Assembly (NCBI GenBank): GCA_963755915.1
Contig: CAVWLP010000003.1
Coordinates: 1,312,001 to 1,376,000, forward strand
Direction of reading: 5' to 3'
From: an uncultured Phycisphaerales bacterium
GTDB lineage: Bacteria; Planctomycetota; Phycisphaerae; Tepidisphaerales; Tepidisphaeraceae
Length of the DNA stretch: 64,000 nt
Shown: one piece after another, positions 1-10,596 of the stretch
Layout: each line of letters starts with the position of its first letter
Position numbering within the stretch: position 1 is the first letter of the stretch
Translations under genes and position numbers: made by a program
Notes under the pieces: generated by a model
The model's input: the letters and a program-made list of their open reading frames with translations, nothing else
Told to the model about the DNA's origin: nothing
Databases searched by the model: none

Positions 1-790
1 GTCCGGGGGCGGGGGGAATCTCCATCGTCTTCCCGGTCTTCAACGAATCATTCATTATCGAGCAGGTGGTCCGCAACTATTACGCGGAATTCCACGGGCG
101 CGTGCAGGATTTCGAATTGATCGTCGCCGAAGACGGGAGCACCGACGACACCAAGGGGGTGCTCGAACGCCTGCGGGAAGAGCTGCCGATCCGGGTCTTC
201 CTCGGCGAAAAACGCAAGGGATATCAGCAGGCGGTTATCGACGCCATTGGGCTGGCGACCAAGCCGTGGGTGTTCGTGGTTGATTCCGATTACCAGTTTG
301 CGGTGATCGACTTCTGGCGGCTGGAAAATATCGGGATTCACATGACGTGATCCTGGGGAAGAAATCGCCGCGAAAAGATCCGTTTTACCGCGTGCTTCTC
401 TCCAAGGGATACAACTCTCTACTGCGGCTTTTCTTCGGCGTTCCCTACCGGGACATGGATACGGGCTTCCGGCTGATTCGCAAATCGGTGGCCGACGAAC
501 TTGCTCCGCGGGTAAGATTCATGTCGTTCTTCACGGCCGAGTTTGTGGTTCGGGCCGACTACGCGGGGCGGCGGATCATCGAAGTGCCGGTGCCGCATTA
601 TTCGCGCAAGATCGGCAGCACGACGATCTTCTTTGTTTCCAAGCTTTTTTTAATATGCTTTAAACAGTTCGCCGGCATCCTGAAGATGAAGGCGGAATTC
701 AAACGGATGAAGATGCGCCGGCCGGCTCGAACGGAAGCGGTGCCACAGGCTCCCAATCCCCCGCTGCTACGGCCCGGCCGAGCAGCATGA
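1..790 (+). CDS. Glycosyltransferase family 2 (DPM1-like), 5'-truncated by the window edge, frameshift near 340
   Basis: ISIVFPVFNE, AEDGSTD and VDSDYQF motifs in the first frame; YRDMDTGFRLIR and IIEVPVPH in the second frame (347..790). Confidence 0.85.
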
Positions 791-2001
791 ACAGTCAGCT
801 CATGGACTCGAGCCCGCTCGAATTCAGCGAGAATCAAAAGTGCACCTGGCTGGCCGCGCGCCTCGGCGGCTTGGCGCAGCGCATCGGCGAAACACCGACG
901 GCAATCCTCGTCGCCCTCTGCTCATTTCTGTTCAGTCTGTTCATGATCTTTCCGGTGGAGCCGGCATATCTGCTCTGCGGCGGGCGCATGGACCATAAGA
1001 CCTACGGCGACCTGACCTACACCAGCCGATTCTATTTCAGCTATCTGCCCATTTCCGAAGATTTGGGGGTGAGGACGCAGCAGGAATATCTGTTTACCCG
1101 CCATCGAATTCTTGGGCCGGTCATCGCGCACTTCCTGCATCTGCGTGGGCGGATGAGCGTCGTGGTGCCGGTCGCTGCCAACTTCTTTCTGCTTTGGGCG
1201 GTCTATGCCGCGCTGCGAAAACGGCGGCTTCCGCACGATCTTTGCGCCATCGCGGCATTTACCCTGTCGCTGACGTTAATCGTCGCCACCAGCCAGGCCT
1301 GGGCCGGGTACCAGGATTCGCTCGGCTGCCTGGCGATCGCCTTCGCCCTCTGGACCGATTCGATTCCACTGGCGGCGGTGGCGTTTCTCGTCGGGATGTT
1401 CGCCGAAGAGCGGATTCTGATCGCCGGGCCCCTTTTCGTGATCTGGCATGCGCTCGATGATGGCAGCCCGCGATGGTTTGGCCGCGCGGTCGTGAGATCG
1501 ATCAGCCTGGTCGTCGTGCTGGGGCTGTGGCTCGGCTATTACTTCGCGCTTCATCGTCATCTGAACATCACGACCAAAGACGTGACGTCGGTGGCGTTTG
1601 AAGATTTCCGGCAATATAAGTCTTACCTCTGGCCGGGATTTTATTACGGGCTTCGCGCCGCATGGCTCCTGCCGGCAATGCTGATCGGCCGCTGGCTGCG
1701 GCAGAGGGGCCGGCGAACGGCGGCGGTTTTGATGCTTCTCTCGATCCTGGTGGTCCTGGCGGTTTCGCTTCGCGTGGGGGACATCAGCCGGGTGTGCAGC
1801 CTGGCGTTTCCGGCGGTTCTGCTGGGGGCGGTCTATCTATATCGCGGCCACGCCGCTTCGGCGCGCTATTACATGCTGGGCGCTTTGATGCTGAATCTGG
1901 TGAGCCCCTGCCTGTCGATCACGCAATATCACGTGAGGTTTTTCTATCCCCTGCCGGTCGCGGTGCCGCAGTTGATCCACGAGCTGCACCATCCGGATTG
2001 A
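787..2001 (+). CDS. Polytopic membrane protein, possibly GT-C-like
   Basis: 404-aa ORF with many hydrophobic segments; start overlaps the GT2 stop (ATGA). Confidence 0.6.
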   Translation: MNSQLMDSSPLEFSENQKCTWLAARLGGLAQRIGETPTAILVALCSFLFSLFMIFPVEPAYLLCGGRMDHKTYGDLTYTSRFYFSYLPISEDLGVRTQQEYLFTRHRILGPVIAHFLHLRGRMSVVVPVAANFFLLWAVYAALRKRRLPHDLCAIAAFTLSLTLIVATSQAWAGYQDSLGCLAIAFALWTDSIPLAAVAFLVGMFAEERILIAGPLFVIWHALDDGSPRWFGRAVVRSISLVVVLGLWLGYYFALHRHLNITTKDVTSVAFEDFRQYKSYLWPGFYYGLRAAWLLPAMLIGRWLRQRGRRTAAVLMLLSILVVLAVSLRVGDISRVCSLAFPAVLLGAVYLYRGHAASARYYMLGALMLNLVSPCLSITQYHVRFFYPLPVAVPQLIHELHHPD

Positions 2002-2008
2002 CGGCGAA

Positions 2009-2836
2009 CTACTCAGGCTCGCTGGAGCGTCCGAATCCCATTCTTGAAAGGCCCGCTCCGCGGACGCTGCCGAGGACGCCGCGCTTGGTGCTGCGGACGA
2101 AATCGATGATTTCCTGAATCTCCGGCAGCAGCGGGACCTCGGCCTGGATCTGGGCGATCGCTCCAGGCCAGGTGCGGTTGCGATGGATGATGTGGTAGGC
2201 CGATCGAATGGCGTGAAGGGTCGCCTGCGGCAGGCCCGCGCGTTTGCAGCCGATGGCATTGTAGCCTTTGAGCCCGCCATAGCGGCCGGCCGCAAAGGGG
2301 GGGACATCGTGGGTGATTGCTTCGACGCCGGAGATGATGGCGATTCTTCCCACCCGCGCGAACTGATGAATCGCTGACCCACCGCCGATGAAAACCCGGT
2401 CCCCGATGATGGTGTGGCCCCCGAGCATCGCGTGCTGGGCGAGCATCACGTCATCGCCAACGACGGCGTCGTGGCCAATATGAGCGCCACCCATCAGGTA
2501 GGTGCGATTTCCCACGCGCGTCTCGCGGCCGGGCTCGGTGGATATGGAGCGGTGAATGGTAGCAGTCTCGCGAACGACGACATTGTCTCCGACGATAAGC
2601 CCCGTCCCCTTTCCATCGAATTTGGTATGCTGCGGCGGAGTTCCTACATAAGCACCGGGCCCGATACGGCAATTGCGCCCGATGATGGTGTTGCCGTGGA
2701 TATGGCTGCTCTCCAGCACCTGGGTTCCGGCGGCGATCTTGACGCCTTCCTTGATGATGCTGTAGGCGCCGACGGTTACATCGTCCGCCAATTCAGCCCG
2801 GCGATCGACGATTGCGGTTGGATGGATTTGGGCCAT
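2009..2836 (-). CDS. lpxA: Acyl-ACP--UDP-N-acetylglucosamine O-acyltransferase
   Basis: IHPTAIVD start, hexapeptide repeats, VRETATIHR, AHIGHDA and IHQFARVG motifs. Confidence 0.88.
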   Translation of the reverse strand: MAQIHPTAIVDRRAELADDVTVGAYSIIKEGVKIAAGTQVLESSHIHGNTIIGRNCRIGPGAYVGTPPQHTKFDGKGTGLIVGDNVVVRETATIHRSISTEPGRETRVGNRTYLMGGAHIGHDAVVGDDVMLAQHAMLGGHTIIGDRVFIGGGSAIHQFARVGRIAIISGVEAITHDVPPFAAGRYGGLKGYNAIGCKRAGLPQATLHAIRSAYHIIHRNRTWPGAIAQIQAEVPLLPEIQEIIDFVRSTKRGVLGSVRGAGLSRMGFGRSSEPE

Positions 2837-2925
2837 AGAAAAGCGAGCGTGAAAGCCGGGAATTTCCGGGCGGCCATTTTATGCGCCGGGGTGGGGTTTC
2901 ACAAATGCGAAATGGATGCGATCCG

Positions 2926-3126
2926 TTAATTCGCGTCAGGATCGCCGGAAGGCGGCGGATTTTCGCGAACATCTTCGTCGGGTTTGATGGGAATCTGGTA
3001 TTTTCCATCGATCCAGCGGCCAAGGTCGATCAGCTTGCACCGCGAGCTGCAGAAGGGGAAAAATTGATTGGGGGCCACCGGATCGTCAAATTCTTTTACC
3101 GGTTTTTTGCAGATCGGGCAGAGCAT
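2926..3126 (-). CDS. yacG: DNA gyrase inhibitor YacG
   Basis: CPICKK...FPFCSSRCKLIDLGRW zinc-finger signature. Confidence 0.92.
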   Translation of the reverse strand: MLCPICKKPVKEFDDPVAPNQFFPFCSSRCKLIDLGRWIDGKYQIPIKPDEDVRENPPPSGDPDAN

Positions 3127-3177
3127 GATGATGAACGCCCCAATGAAACTATTCCTGTGAGACCATTCCCGCCGCGA

Positions 3178-3561
3178 CTATTTGCCCTTCGTGGCCTTTG
3201 CCGGCGCGGGCTTCGATTCGGTGGGCGATTTGGCGGGAGTAGGTTTGGATTCGGCGGCCGGCTTTGAAGTTGATTCGCTTTTGCCGCTGCCGGCGGCAGT
3301 CGAACCGGATGATTCCTTCGAATCCTTTGCCGCGGGGGCGGGGGCGGAATCGGCCTTGGCGGCGGTTTTGTAGGCCTCGCTGCGGTAATCGGTTTCGTAG
3401 AATCCGCCGCCCTTGAAGATCAAACCCGCTCCGGTGCCGATCAATCGCTTCACGCGTTTTTTGCCGCAGGCGGGGCACTTGCGGATTGCCGGCGCGGTGA
3501 TCGACTGGAATTTCTCAAATTCTTTCCCGCACGCTTCGCATTTGTATTCGTAGGTCGGCAT
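3178..3561 (-). CDS. FmdB-family zinc-ribbon regulatory protein
   Basis: MPTYEYKCEACG...CPACG...FKGGGFYETDY followed by an S/K/A/P-rich tail; start refined to ATG at 3561. Confidence 0.9.
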   Translation of the reverse strand: MPTYEYKCEACGKEFEKFQSITAPAIRKCPACGKKRVKRLIGTGAGLIFKGGGFYETDYRSEAYKTAAKADSAPAPAAKDSKESSGSTAAGSGKSESTSKPAAESKPTPAKSPTESKPAPAKATKGK

Positions 3562-3566
3562 AAAGA

Positions 3567-4105
3567 TCAGGCCGGTCCCCCGGAGTCCTTCGATTTGGCG
3601 ACGGCAACCTGCGCGGGCGCAGCGTGCGGCCGTACAACGTATATCCGCGCTGGAGCAACTGGGTGACCGAATTCGGATCGACCTCGTCACTGGGCTGATG
3701 AATGATCGCTTCCATCGTATTGGGATCGAATGGCGTCCCGGGCTCGGGCGCGATCGCCTCAACAGACTGATTCTTCAGCACGGTCATCCACTGGTCGTGA
3801 ACGATCTGCATTCCCTTGAGAAGGGTAGCGGCGTCGGTTGCGGATTTGCCAGTGGCCAGGGCACGCTCGAAATTGTCGATCACCGGCAGAAGGCTCTTGA
3901 TGAGCGAGCTGTTGGCGAAGGAAACCGCCTGGTCCTTGTCGGCCTCGAGGCGGCGGCGGGCGTTCTGAAACTCCGCGGTCGTGCGGGCCAGGCGATCGAA
4001 GAGGCTCGCTCGTTCCTGCAAGAGGGCGTCGCGCTCCTGGCGCAGGGAATCGAGGTTTTCACCTTCGGAAGAATCGGCGTCGGGTTCGGTGGGTGTGGGT
4101 CTCAT
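3567..4105 (-). CDS. grpE: Nucleotide exchange factor GrpE, frameshift near 3615
   Basis: AEFQNARRR, LLPVIDNFERAL, FDPN, QRGY..GRTLRP; the AQVAVAK end lies in a shifted frame. Confidence 0.9.
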
Positions 4106-4111
4106 GATTGA

Positions 4112-5263
4112 TTAATCCTTGGTCTCATCTCTCTTGATCAGGTCCTTCAACTTCTCGAAAAATCCCTTTCGCTGCTGCTGGATTCGGGCGTCCTCGCTGG
4201 TAGCGAATTCGCGAAGCAGCCGCTTCTGGTGATCGTTCAGTTTCTTCGGCACCTCGATGACGATCTGCACCAGCTCGTCGCCGGTGCGGTACGACCGCAC
4301 ATCGGGAAGCCCGCGTCCCTTGAGCTTGAAAACCTCGCCATGCTGCGTGCCGGCGGGCACGTCGAGGTTTTCGATTCCCTTCAGCGTCGGCACTTCGATT
4401 TTGGCGCCCAGGGCGGCCTCCGAAAACGAAATCGGCACCTGGCAGACCAGATCGTTGTTGTGCCGCGAAAAAACCGGATGCTCCCTAACGGCAATATATA
4501 CGTGCAGATCGCCAGGGGCAGCGCCGTTTTCGCCGGCTTCTCCTTCGCCGCTGACGCGGACGGCCTGACCATCGTGGACGCCGGCGGGAATCTTGACGAT
4601 CACCGTTCGCTTGCGAAGCTGGCGGCCGGTGCCGCCGCAACTGGGGCAGTGCTCGCGAAGGACGGTTCCGCGTCCCCGGCAGTTGGGGCAGGTCACGACC
4701 ATGCGGAACATTCCACCGAATCCCTGCTGCGCCACGCGTCCCTGCCCGCCGCACTGGAGGCAGACGACCGGCGCCGTGCCGGGCTTGGCGCCCGAGCCGC
4801 TGCATTGCTCGCAGCGGTCCTGGCGTTCGAAGTCGATGGTTTTCTCCGCTCCGGTGGCGACTTCCTGAAGGCTCAGTTCTATTCGCGTTTCCAGGTCGAA
4901 TCCGCGCGCCGCGTGTGCGGCCCGACCGCGGACGCCGCCGCCCCCGCCGCCGCCAAACGCCCCGCCGAAGATGTCGTCGAACATCGAGAAGATGTCGGTG
5001 ACATTCATATGGGAGAAATCGTGCTGCCCGCTGACGCCCTGGTGGCCGAACTGGTCGTAGCGCTTGCGTTTGTCGGCGTCAGAAAGAATCTCATAGGCCT
5101 CGGAGCATTCCTTGAAGTGCGCCTCGGCCTCCACCTTGTCGCCATTGGCGCGATCGGGGTGATATTTCATCGCCAGGCGGCGGTAGGCGCGCTTGATCTC
5201 CTCGCCGTCGGCGGTGCGCTGGACTCCAAGGATTTCGTAATAGTCTCGCTTGGCTGTGGGCAT
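4112..5263 (-). CDS. dnaJ: Chaperone DnaJ
   Basis: J-domain with HPD, G/F-rich region, four CxxCxGxG repeats. Confidence 0.97.
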   Translation of the reverse strand: MPTAKRDYYEILGVQRTADGEEIKRAYRRLAMKYHPDRANGDKVEAEAHFKECSEAYEILSDADKRKRYDQFGHQGVSGQHDFSHMNVTDIFSMFDDIFGGAFGGGGGGGVRGRAAHAARGFDLETRIELSLQEVATGAEKTIDFERQDRCEQCSGSGAKPGTAPVVCLQCGGQGRVAQQGFGGMFRMVVTCPNCRGRGTVLREHCPSCGGTGRQLRKRTVIVKIPAGVHDGQAVRVSGEGEAGENGAAPGDLHVYIAVREHPVFSRHNNDLVCQVPISFSEAALGAKIEVPTLKGIENLDVPAGTQHGEVFKLKGRGLPDVRSYRTGDELVQIVIEVPKKLNDHQKRLLREFATSEDARIQQQRKGFFEKLKDLIKRDETKD

Positions 5264-5266
5264 GAC

Positions 5267-5686
5267 TTATTTTTTTGACCTGAGGAGCCTCGCAGACGAA
5301 GACTTTCGCCTGCGGCGAGCGGTGCGCTCGCGTTTGAGATATTCCGCGAGTTCGGGTGGAAGCGGAAGCGTGGGAATGGGTTCTTGCATCCCACGGGACC
5401 GATATCCAAGCCAACGACGCAGGGATTTCGCGCATTCGCCCGATCGTTTTCCCTGAATCAGTCCATCGTAACTAAGATCGGCGTTCAGACGGGGCCAGAA
5501 TATCCCATCGTCCCAGATTTCAAAACTGGCTCGTTCGGCCGGCGTTCCATGGAGCAGGCGCGGATACCAGCTTGTGGGAATCGAAATTGTGCGTTGATCC
5601 TTGAATTCAACCGTGATGCGCGCATCGGTGACGAAAACGCGTTTGGCGCGAATGATATCGGCGTTGTTATTTGTTGAAAAACTCAT
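5267..5686 (-). CDS. DUF2442-family protein (putative antitoxin-type partner)
   Basis: ISIPTSWYPRLLHGTPAER..GIFWPRLNADLS; overlaps the upstream DUF4160 gene. Confidence 0.8.
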   Translation of the reverse strand: MSFSTNNNADIIRAKRVFVTDARITVEFKDQRTISIPTSWYPRLLHGTPAERASFEIWDDGIFWPRLNADLSYDGLIQGKRSGECAKSLRRWLGYRSRGMQEPIPTLPLPPELAEYLKRERTARRRRKSSSARLLRSKK

Positions 5687-5906
5687 TCCAGCTCTCGAGG
5701 AAAAACGCTCGTTGCTGTACAGCAAGCTTTTCCAGCAGGTTCAACTCATGCTTCGCGAATCCACGACTCGAATCCAAACGAACATTCGGCGTCAGCCAGA
5801 ATTTGGCTCGTCGCTTTTCACGCCGCACGTGAATATGCGGTGGTTCGCCACGATCGCTGGCGAAGAACCCGAATCGATACGGCCCGAACCGAAATACAAT
5901 CGGCAT
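5667..5906 (-). CDS. DUF4160-family protein
   Basis: MPIVFRFGPYRFGFF..EPPHIHV..AKFWL..WNEFF signature. Confidence 0.85.
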   Translation of the reverse strand: MPIVFRFGPYRFGFFASDRGEPPHIHVRREKRRAKFWLTPNVRLDSSRGFAKHELNLLEKLAVQQRAFFLESWNEFFNK

Positions 5907-6082
5907 TCAAAGGCTTTCCACAACTCGCAATCGTCGGAAACCGGCTGCCAGCGGCCGATAATCTGAGCCGCCATCGATTTCATTCTAGTCAACCATCTCC
6001 GGCAATTCATCCTGCTCTATGCGACGGCAGCCCAGGGACTCAAGTCCCTGGGCTGCCGCGAGCTTCTTCGGAAGAATCTGTC

Positions 6083-7721
6083 TCACACCACGGCTCCGGC
6101 CACGGGCGTCGCCTCTTCGCCCTTCTTCTCCTTGAGTTCGGTGATAAGAACTTCGGTCGTCAGCGCCAGGCCACTGACGCTGGCCGCGTTCAGCAGCGCG
6201 GTGCGGGCGACCTTGGTCGGATCGATGATCCCCGACCTTGAGCATATCGACGTATTCTGCCGTTGGCGGCGTCGTAGCCCCAGGCGGGATTCTTATTCTT
6301 GAGGATCTCATCGACGACGACTTCGCCGTCCTCGCCGGCGTTGTCGGCGATCTGCTGCGTCGGCCAGCGAAGGGCTTCGGCGACGATCTCAAAGCCGATC
6401 TTTTCATCGCCCCTGGCTTTCGTCTTGGCGTTTTCGACGGCCTCGATGGCGCGGAGGAATGCCACGCCCCCGCCGGGGACGATCCCTTCCTCGCGCGGCG
6501 GCCCGCGTGGCATGAAGGGCGTCGTCGATCAGGTCCTTGCGTTCTTTCATCTCGGTTTCGGTCGCGGCACCGGCCTTGATGACGGCCACGCCGCCGGTCA
6601 GCTTGGCCAGCCGCTCCTGGAGTTTTTCGCGATCGTAATCGCTGGTGGTCGTTTCGATCTGTTTGCGGATCTGCTCCGACCGGGCTTCGATCTCTTTCTT
6701 CTTGCCGGCGCCTTCGACGATCAGGGTGTTGTCCTTATCGACGACGATGCGCTTGGCGGAGCCGAGTTCGGTCAAGCTCGACGTTTTCGAGCTTCAGGCC
6801 GAGGTCTTCGCTGATGAATTTCCCGCCGGTGACGACGGCAAGGTCGCCCATCATGGCCTTGCGGCGATCGCCGAAGCCGGGGGCCTTGACGGCGCAGATA
6901 TTGCAGAACGCCGCGCAGCTTGTTGACGACCAGCGCGGCCAGGGCCTCGGCCTCGACATCCTCGGCAATGATCAGCAGCGGACGGCCGACGGCGACGATC
7001 TTGTTCAGCAGCGGCAGCAGCTCCGCCAGATTGGCGATCTTCTTCTCGTGCAGCAGGATGCAGCGCGTTCTCCAGCACCGCTTCCAGCGTCGTGCGGATT
7101 GGTCAGGAAATAGGGGGAGAGATATCCCTTGTCGAACTGCATCCCCTCGGTGTATTCGAGGACCGATTCGGTGCTCTTGCCTTCATCGACGGTGATGACG
7201 CCTTCCTTGCCGACCTTTTCCATGGCGTCGGCCATCAGGTCGCCGATCTTCTCGTCGCCGTTGGCGCTGATGGTGGCGACGCGCTTGTAATCCTCGCGGC
7301 CTTTGACCTTCTTGGATTGCTGCGGTGATCGCCTCGGCGGCGACCTCGGCGGCCTTGATGATGCCGCGCTGAATCGTCACCGGGATTGACGCCGGTTGTG
7401 ACCGATCGCAGGCCGTACGAATAAATCGCTTCGGCCAGCACCGTGGCGGTGGTGGTGCCGTCGCCGGCGACGTCGCCCGTCTTGCTGGCGACCATATTCA
7501 CCAGCTTGGCGCCCATGTTTTCAAACGGCTGGGGAAGCTCGATCTCCTTGGAGACGGTGACGCCGTCCTTGGTGATGCGCGGGCTGCCGAACGACTTCTG
7601 CGATGACGACATTGCGCCCGCGCGGGCCCAGCGTCGCTTTGACGGCGCGGGAGAGCTGCGAGAGGCCGTTGGCGATCTCCGTGCGGGCGTCGGTTTCGAA
7701 TTTCATTTGCTTGGCTGCCAT
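6083..7721 (-). CDS. groL: Chaperonin GroEL, downstream paralogue (several apparent frameshifts)
   Basis: Fragments [44 protein letters not shown] and [14 protein letters not shown]; ends ..AVAGAVV with no GGM tail. Confidence 0.93.
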
Positions 7722-7769
7722 AGTTGAAATAACCTCATTCGGTTGAATTGATTTCGGTTTTCGAGACGA

Positions 7770-8057
7770 TTACTCGAGCACGCCGAGGATGTCGGACTCG
7801 CGCAGGATGACGAACTTTTCGCCATCGACTTCGATGTCGGTTCCGCTGTATTTGCCGTAGAAGACGGTGTCGCCGGTGCGGACGGCCAGCTCCATGTGCT
7901 TGCCCTTTTCATCCAGCTTGCCGGGACCGACGGAAATGACCTTGCCCTTGGTCGGCTTTTCCTTGGCCGAGTCAGGCAAAACGATTCCGCTGGCGGTTTT
8001 GGTTTCCGCTTCCGATTGTTTCACGATCACGCGATCCTGCAGGGGTCGAAGTTTCAT
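7770..8057 (-). CDS. groS: Co-chaperonin GroES
   Basis: LRPLQDRV, TASGIVLPDSAKEKP, ILRESDILG. Confidence 0.97.
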   Translation of the reverse strand: MKLRPLQDRVIVKQSEAETKTASGIVLPDSAKEKPTKGKVISVGPGKLDEKGKHMELAVRTGDTVFYGKYSGTDIEVDGEKFVILRESDILGVLE

Positions 8058-8080
8058 AGGGGTTCCTTGTAAATTAAATA

Positions 8081-8344
8081 TCAGGCCGATTTCTTCCGTC
8101 TTTTGGCCCCGCCCAGGCTCCGAATGATGCCGCGGAGGACCGTATTTACCGATTCCGAATCATTGAACCAGCGAGCCACATCTGAATCGAGAGTGACCGT
8201 CGTCGGTCGCTTGGCCGCATATCGCTCCAACGCATCAACTCCGAATCCGATGAATTTCAATTTCTTGAAATTCACTTCGCGCGGCAGCTCATAGCTATCG
8301 TGCGGCGAGTGTGACTTAGATGTTTTCGCGTTTCGCTTCGACAT
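8081..8344 (-). CDS. BrnA-like antitoxin
   Basis: TVTLDSDVARWF..SVNTVLR C-terminal motif; overlaps the brnT-like gene. Confidence 0.7.
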   Translation of the reverse strand: MSKRNAKTSKSHSPHDSYELPREVNFKKLKFIGFGVDALERYAAKRPTTVTLDSDVARWFNDSESVNTVLRGIIRSLGGAKRRKKSA

Positions 8345-8600
8345 ATCGGTCTTGTTCATTTTCGCTGGCCCTGCGGGCGCTGACGATCCTGTAAATTCCT
8401 GCCTCCCTGCGTGTAAACGCCACGGTCAAAAGACGACTCTTTGCTGAGAATCCGATCGCCAAATATCTTGGCTCTTTCTCGGAATGGCCGGTATCCTCAA
8501 ATATGGCCGGCGATACAAATACCTCCGCCGCTTCTTCGAATGAGACGCCATGCTTGCGTCTGTTCGTGGCCGCCTTGGCGTCATCCCATTCAAAGTTCAA
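8316..8600 (-). CDS. BrnT-family ribonuclease toxin
   Basis: [38 protein letters not shown]. Confidence 0.92.
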   Translation of the reverse strand: MNFEWDDAKAATNRRKHGVSFEEAAEVFVSPAIFEDTGHSEKEPRYLAIGFSAKSRLLTVAFTRREAGIYRIVSARRASENEQDRYVEAKRENI

Positions 8601-8612
8601 AAGTCGCTCCTG

Positions 8613-10299
8613 TTACATCATGTCGTCCATCCCACCCATGCCTCCCATGCCACCCATGCCGCCCATGCCTTCGGGCGCCGTGGCCATGACCGGCGTGGTC
8701 GTCCTTGCCCTTCGGGGCTTCGACGATGATGCAATCCGTCGTCAGCAGAAGGATCGCGACTTCCGCCGCGTTCTGCAGGGCGGTGCGCTCGACTTTCGTC
8801 GGCGTGATGATGCCGGCCTTGACGACGTCCACGTATTCGCCGGTGAGGGCGTTGAAGCCTTCATTGTCTTTGCGATTCCATAACCCGGCGAACGACCACG
8901 CTCCCGCTGGTGCCGGCGTTGTCGGCGATCTGCCGAAGCGGCGCCGTCAGCGCCTGGCGAACGATCTTCACGCCCGCGGCTTCGTCGCCTTCGAGCTTGA
9001 GATTCCCGCCGCCATTGAGGGCCTTCATCGCCCGGATCATGGCGACGCCGCCGCCGGCGACAACGCCTTCTTCCACCGCGGCGCGGGTGGCATGCAGGGC
9101 ATCTTCGATGCGGGCTTTCTTTTCCTTCAGTTCGGCTTCGGTGGCGGCGCCGACGTTGATCTGCGCCACGCCACCGGCCAGCTTCGCCAGCCGTTCCTGC
9201 AATTTCTCGCGGTCGTAATCGCTGGTGGTGATTTCGATTTCGCGGCGAATCTGCTCGATGCGGCCCTGGATCGCCTTGCTCTCGCCGGCGCCTTCGATGA
9301 TCGTCGTGTTGTCGTTGTCGATGCGAACGCAGCTTGGCCTGGCCGAGCTGATCGATCTCGACCTTGTCCAGCTCGATGCCGAGGTCTTTCATGATCGCCT
9401 CGCCGCCGGTGAGGATGGCGATATCTTCGAGCATCGCCTTGCGGCGATCGCCGTAGCCCGGCGCTTTCACTGCCGCGACATTAAGAATGCCGCGAAGCTT
9501 GTTCACGACCAGCGTCGCCAGGGCTTCGCCTTCAATGTCTTCGGCAATGATCAGCAGCGGCCGCTTGGCCTTCTGGATTTTCTCCAGCAGCGGGATCAGC
9601 TTGGTGGCCGCGGAAATCTTGTCCTCGTAAACCAGGACAAATGCCTTTTCCAGCTCGACCGTCATCTCATCCGGATTGGTGATGAAATTGGGCGAAAGAT
9701 ACCCGCGGTCAAACTGCATTCCCTCGACAACGTCGACGTAGGTCTCGAGGCTCTTGCCTTCCTCGACGGTGATGACGCCATCCTTGCCGACGCGCTCGAA
9801 CGCATCGGCCATGATGTTGCCGATCTCGCGGTCGTTGTTGGCGGAGATGCGAGGCGACGTTGGCGATGTCGGCCTTGCCGTTGATCGGCTTGGATTGTTT
9901 CTTGAGCGATTTCGATGACGGCTGCAACCGCCTTGCGGATTCCGCGGGCCAGGGCCATCGCATCAGCGCCGGCGGCGAGATTGCGGTACCCTTCCTTGAA
10001 AATCGCTTCGGCCAGAACCGTAGCGGTGGTCGTGCCGTCGCCGGCAACATCGCTGGTCTTGCTGGCGGCTTCCTTCACCAGCTTGGCGCCGATGTTTTCG
10101 TATTTGTCCTTGAGCTCAACTTCCTCGGCGACGGTTACGCCGTCCTTGGTAATCGTCGGAGCCCCCCATCCCTTATCGATCACCGCGTTTCGCCCGCGGG
10201 GGCCCAGGGTCGCTTTCACGGCCCGGGACAATTTGATCACACCCTCCAAGAAGACTTTTCCGTGCTTCGGCATCAAACGACAAGCAGCTTCGCCGCCAT
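8613..10299 (-). CDS. groL: Chaperonin GroEL, upstream paralogue (several apparent frameshifts)
   Basis: Same GroEL motifs ([19 protein letters not shown]); tail with HAGHGHG then [27 protein letters not shown] upstream. Confidence 0.93.
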
Positions 10300-10596
10300 G
10301 TCAATTCTCCTTCAAAGTTCGCAAATTCGCTGTGATGACAAGCCGGGAATCCGCGCCTGCCGGTGATTACTGCTAACACAAACCGGGTGCCGCGAAACGG
10401 GCGCAGATGGAATGCGCAAGTGGCGGAGATAAAGAGGATTAGCGTCTTGCGAAGCGGGATTGACGGAATCGATTTCCTGTCAGCGTGGCAGAAAGGGGCT
10501 TTGGGGGATATCGGCGGTTGCCAAGATGGCAGATGCCGGGGGCGGCGGGTGCGCTCCCGGCATCTACTCAAAAGAGACTCGGATGCGTTTGAGCGC

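Noticed and set aside
4229-5278. Long antisense ORFs over dnaJ (also over sthA, the integrase and the helicase)
   Set aside because: These are shadow frames expected in high-GC coding DNA.
6083-10299. Programmed frameshifting or true loss of both groEL genes
   Set aside because: There are many scattered indels without consistent slippery sites, and GroEL is normally essential; sequencing error is the simpler explanation.
10365-10400. CIRCE/HrcA operator
   Set aside because: Only TTAGCA is present on the minus strand; there is no TTAGCACTC-N9-GAGTGCTAA.
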